Part shown: positions 63,001 through 64,000 of the stretch, piece after piece | How the letters are laid out: each line of letters starts with the position of its first letter | Position numbering within the stretch: the first letter of the stretch is position 1 | DNA from: Callorhinchus milii | Taxonomy: Eukaryota | Length of the DNA stretch: 64,000 bases | Direction: 5' to 3' | Assembly (NCBI RefSeq): GCF_018977255.1 | Contig: NW_024704742.1 | Location: 90,894,001-90,958,000, forward strand | Made by a program: the position numbers and the translations under genes | The notes under the pieces: generated by a model | Database searches by the model: none | What the model saw: the letters and a program-made list of their open reading frames with translations, nothing else | Told to the model about the DNA's origin: nothing

Positions 63001-63859
63001 GACACACTGTTTTTCTTTCTCCTCCTGAACTCATTGTGCTGAGATCTACAGACATAATTTCATGTCTCACTATGCTACAATGCAGAACACCAGAACATTA
63101 CCGTGCAAGATTGCAAATATCCTATTCCAGTTTTGAGAGATAGAAAACTTTACTCGCTATCATAAACCTGATTTACCTCTATGCGGTGAAAACTTGTCAA
63201 TCGTTGTATGATAAAAGCAAAAAATATAAAGGTCAAAATCATTTTTTAAACAAAACTTAATTTAAAAATTACTCATTTGGGGAATGCAAAGTATTTCAAA
63301 TTTTTTAGTGATCAATTATTTTTGTCATTTTGTGGATAATTTAAGTTTGCTACTTTATTCCTATTTAACAGCGATTTTATTGTTTTTTTAAAATTTGTGG
63401 TGACTCGTGAGTGTATTCAGTTTAGGAACTGAACTATAGGTCAAATTTTTTCACAGTGTGTCTGCGCCACACACTGCCAGGTGCAAAGTAAGCTCCGCAT
63501 GTTGATCATGGAAATGATATAAATTAAGGTTCATTTATTTTCACTGAAAAATTACTCCAGCGAAAAACAAATTTGAAGGGTGAAATCAAAGTAGCTTTTT
63601 TACACGCCCCATTTCCAGTTCCCACACCAGACATCTTTGTGGCCTGTGTGAGTCAAGGCACCAGACAGTGGATAACCAGATTGCTGAGGGCCAACACTTT
63701 TTGGAACTTGCTTCAATCTGGCTCAGATGCATTTTGTTTAAACCCTTTGCAGTTAGAAGAGGGAGAAAATGTTCACCCCACATCATCCTCGGCTGGATTT
63801 GAACCTAGGTCTCAGATGTGAGGGGACAAAGTAGAACTGATTCACTAGGTTACCAAGAA

Positions 63860-64000
63860 GAACAACAACAAGATTACATTTGTATAGTGCCTTTCACGTC
63901 AGGAGGACATCCCAAGGCGCTGGACAGAGTACAGCATTTCAGACCTGAGCTGGGGTTGGGGGGGAAAGGAGGGGAGGGGAAGGGGATTCCAGAGGATGAG
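63860..64000 (-). mobile_element. L2 LINE 3' end running off the window
   Basis: aacaacaacaagattacatttgtatagtgcctttcacgtcaggaggacatcccaaggcgct. Confidence 0.85.

Overview
Vertebrate genomic DNA, almost certainly from a cartilaginous fish. The SINE/CR1/L2 repertoire, and SINE tails ending in (ATT)n, suggest a chimaera such as the elephant shark (inference). The window lies inside the basonuclin-2 (BNC2) gene on the + strand. Two internal coding exons are clear (47015-47117 and 53369-53604); the rest appears intronic. The introns carry many dead CR1 and L2 LINE fragments, two related tRNA-derived SINE types sharing an L2-type 3' tail, palindromic MITE-like elements, microsatellites and repeat-free blocks that may be conserved enhancers. 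Nearly all other ORFs in the track are LINE debris or chance. I found no demonstrably new gene system. The best leads are: (i) two independent CR1 insertions into the central loop of the same palindromic element family; (ii) the two exons total exactly 339 nt, phase 0 at both ends, and are bracketed by inverted SINEs (candidate stop-free circRNA); (iii) an unclassified inverted repeat pair containing an 88-nt hairpin; (iv) a modular/chimeric SINE family; (v) an atypical LINE remnant. Exon coordinates are exact; repeat boundaries are by eye and approximate.
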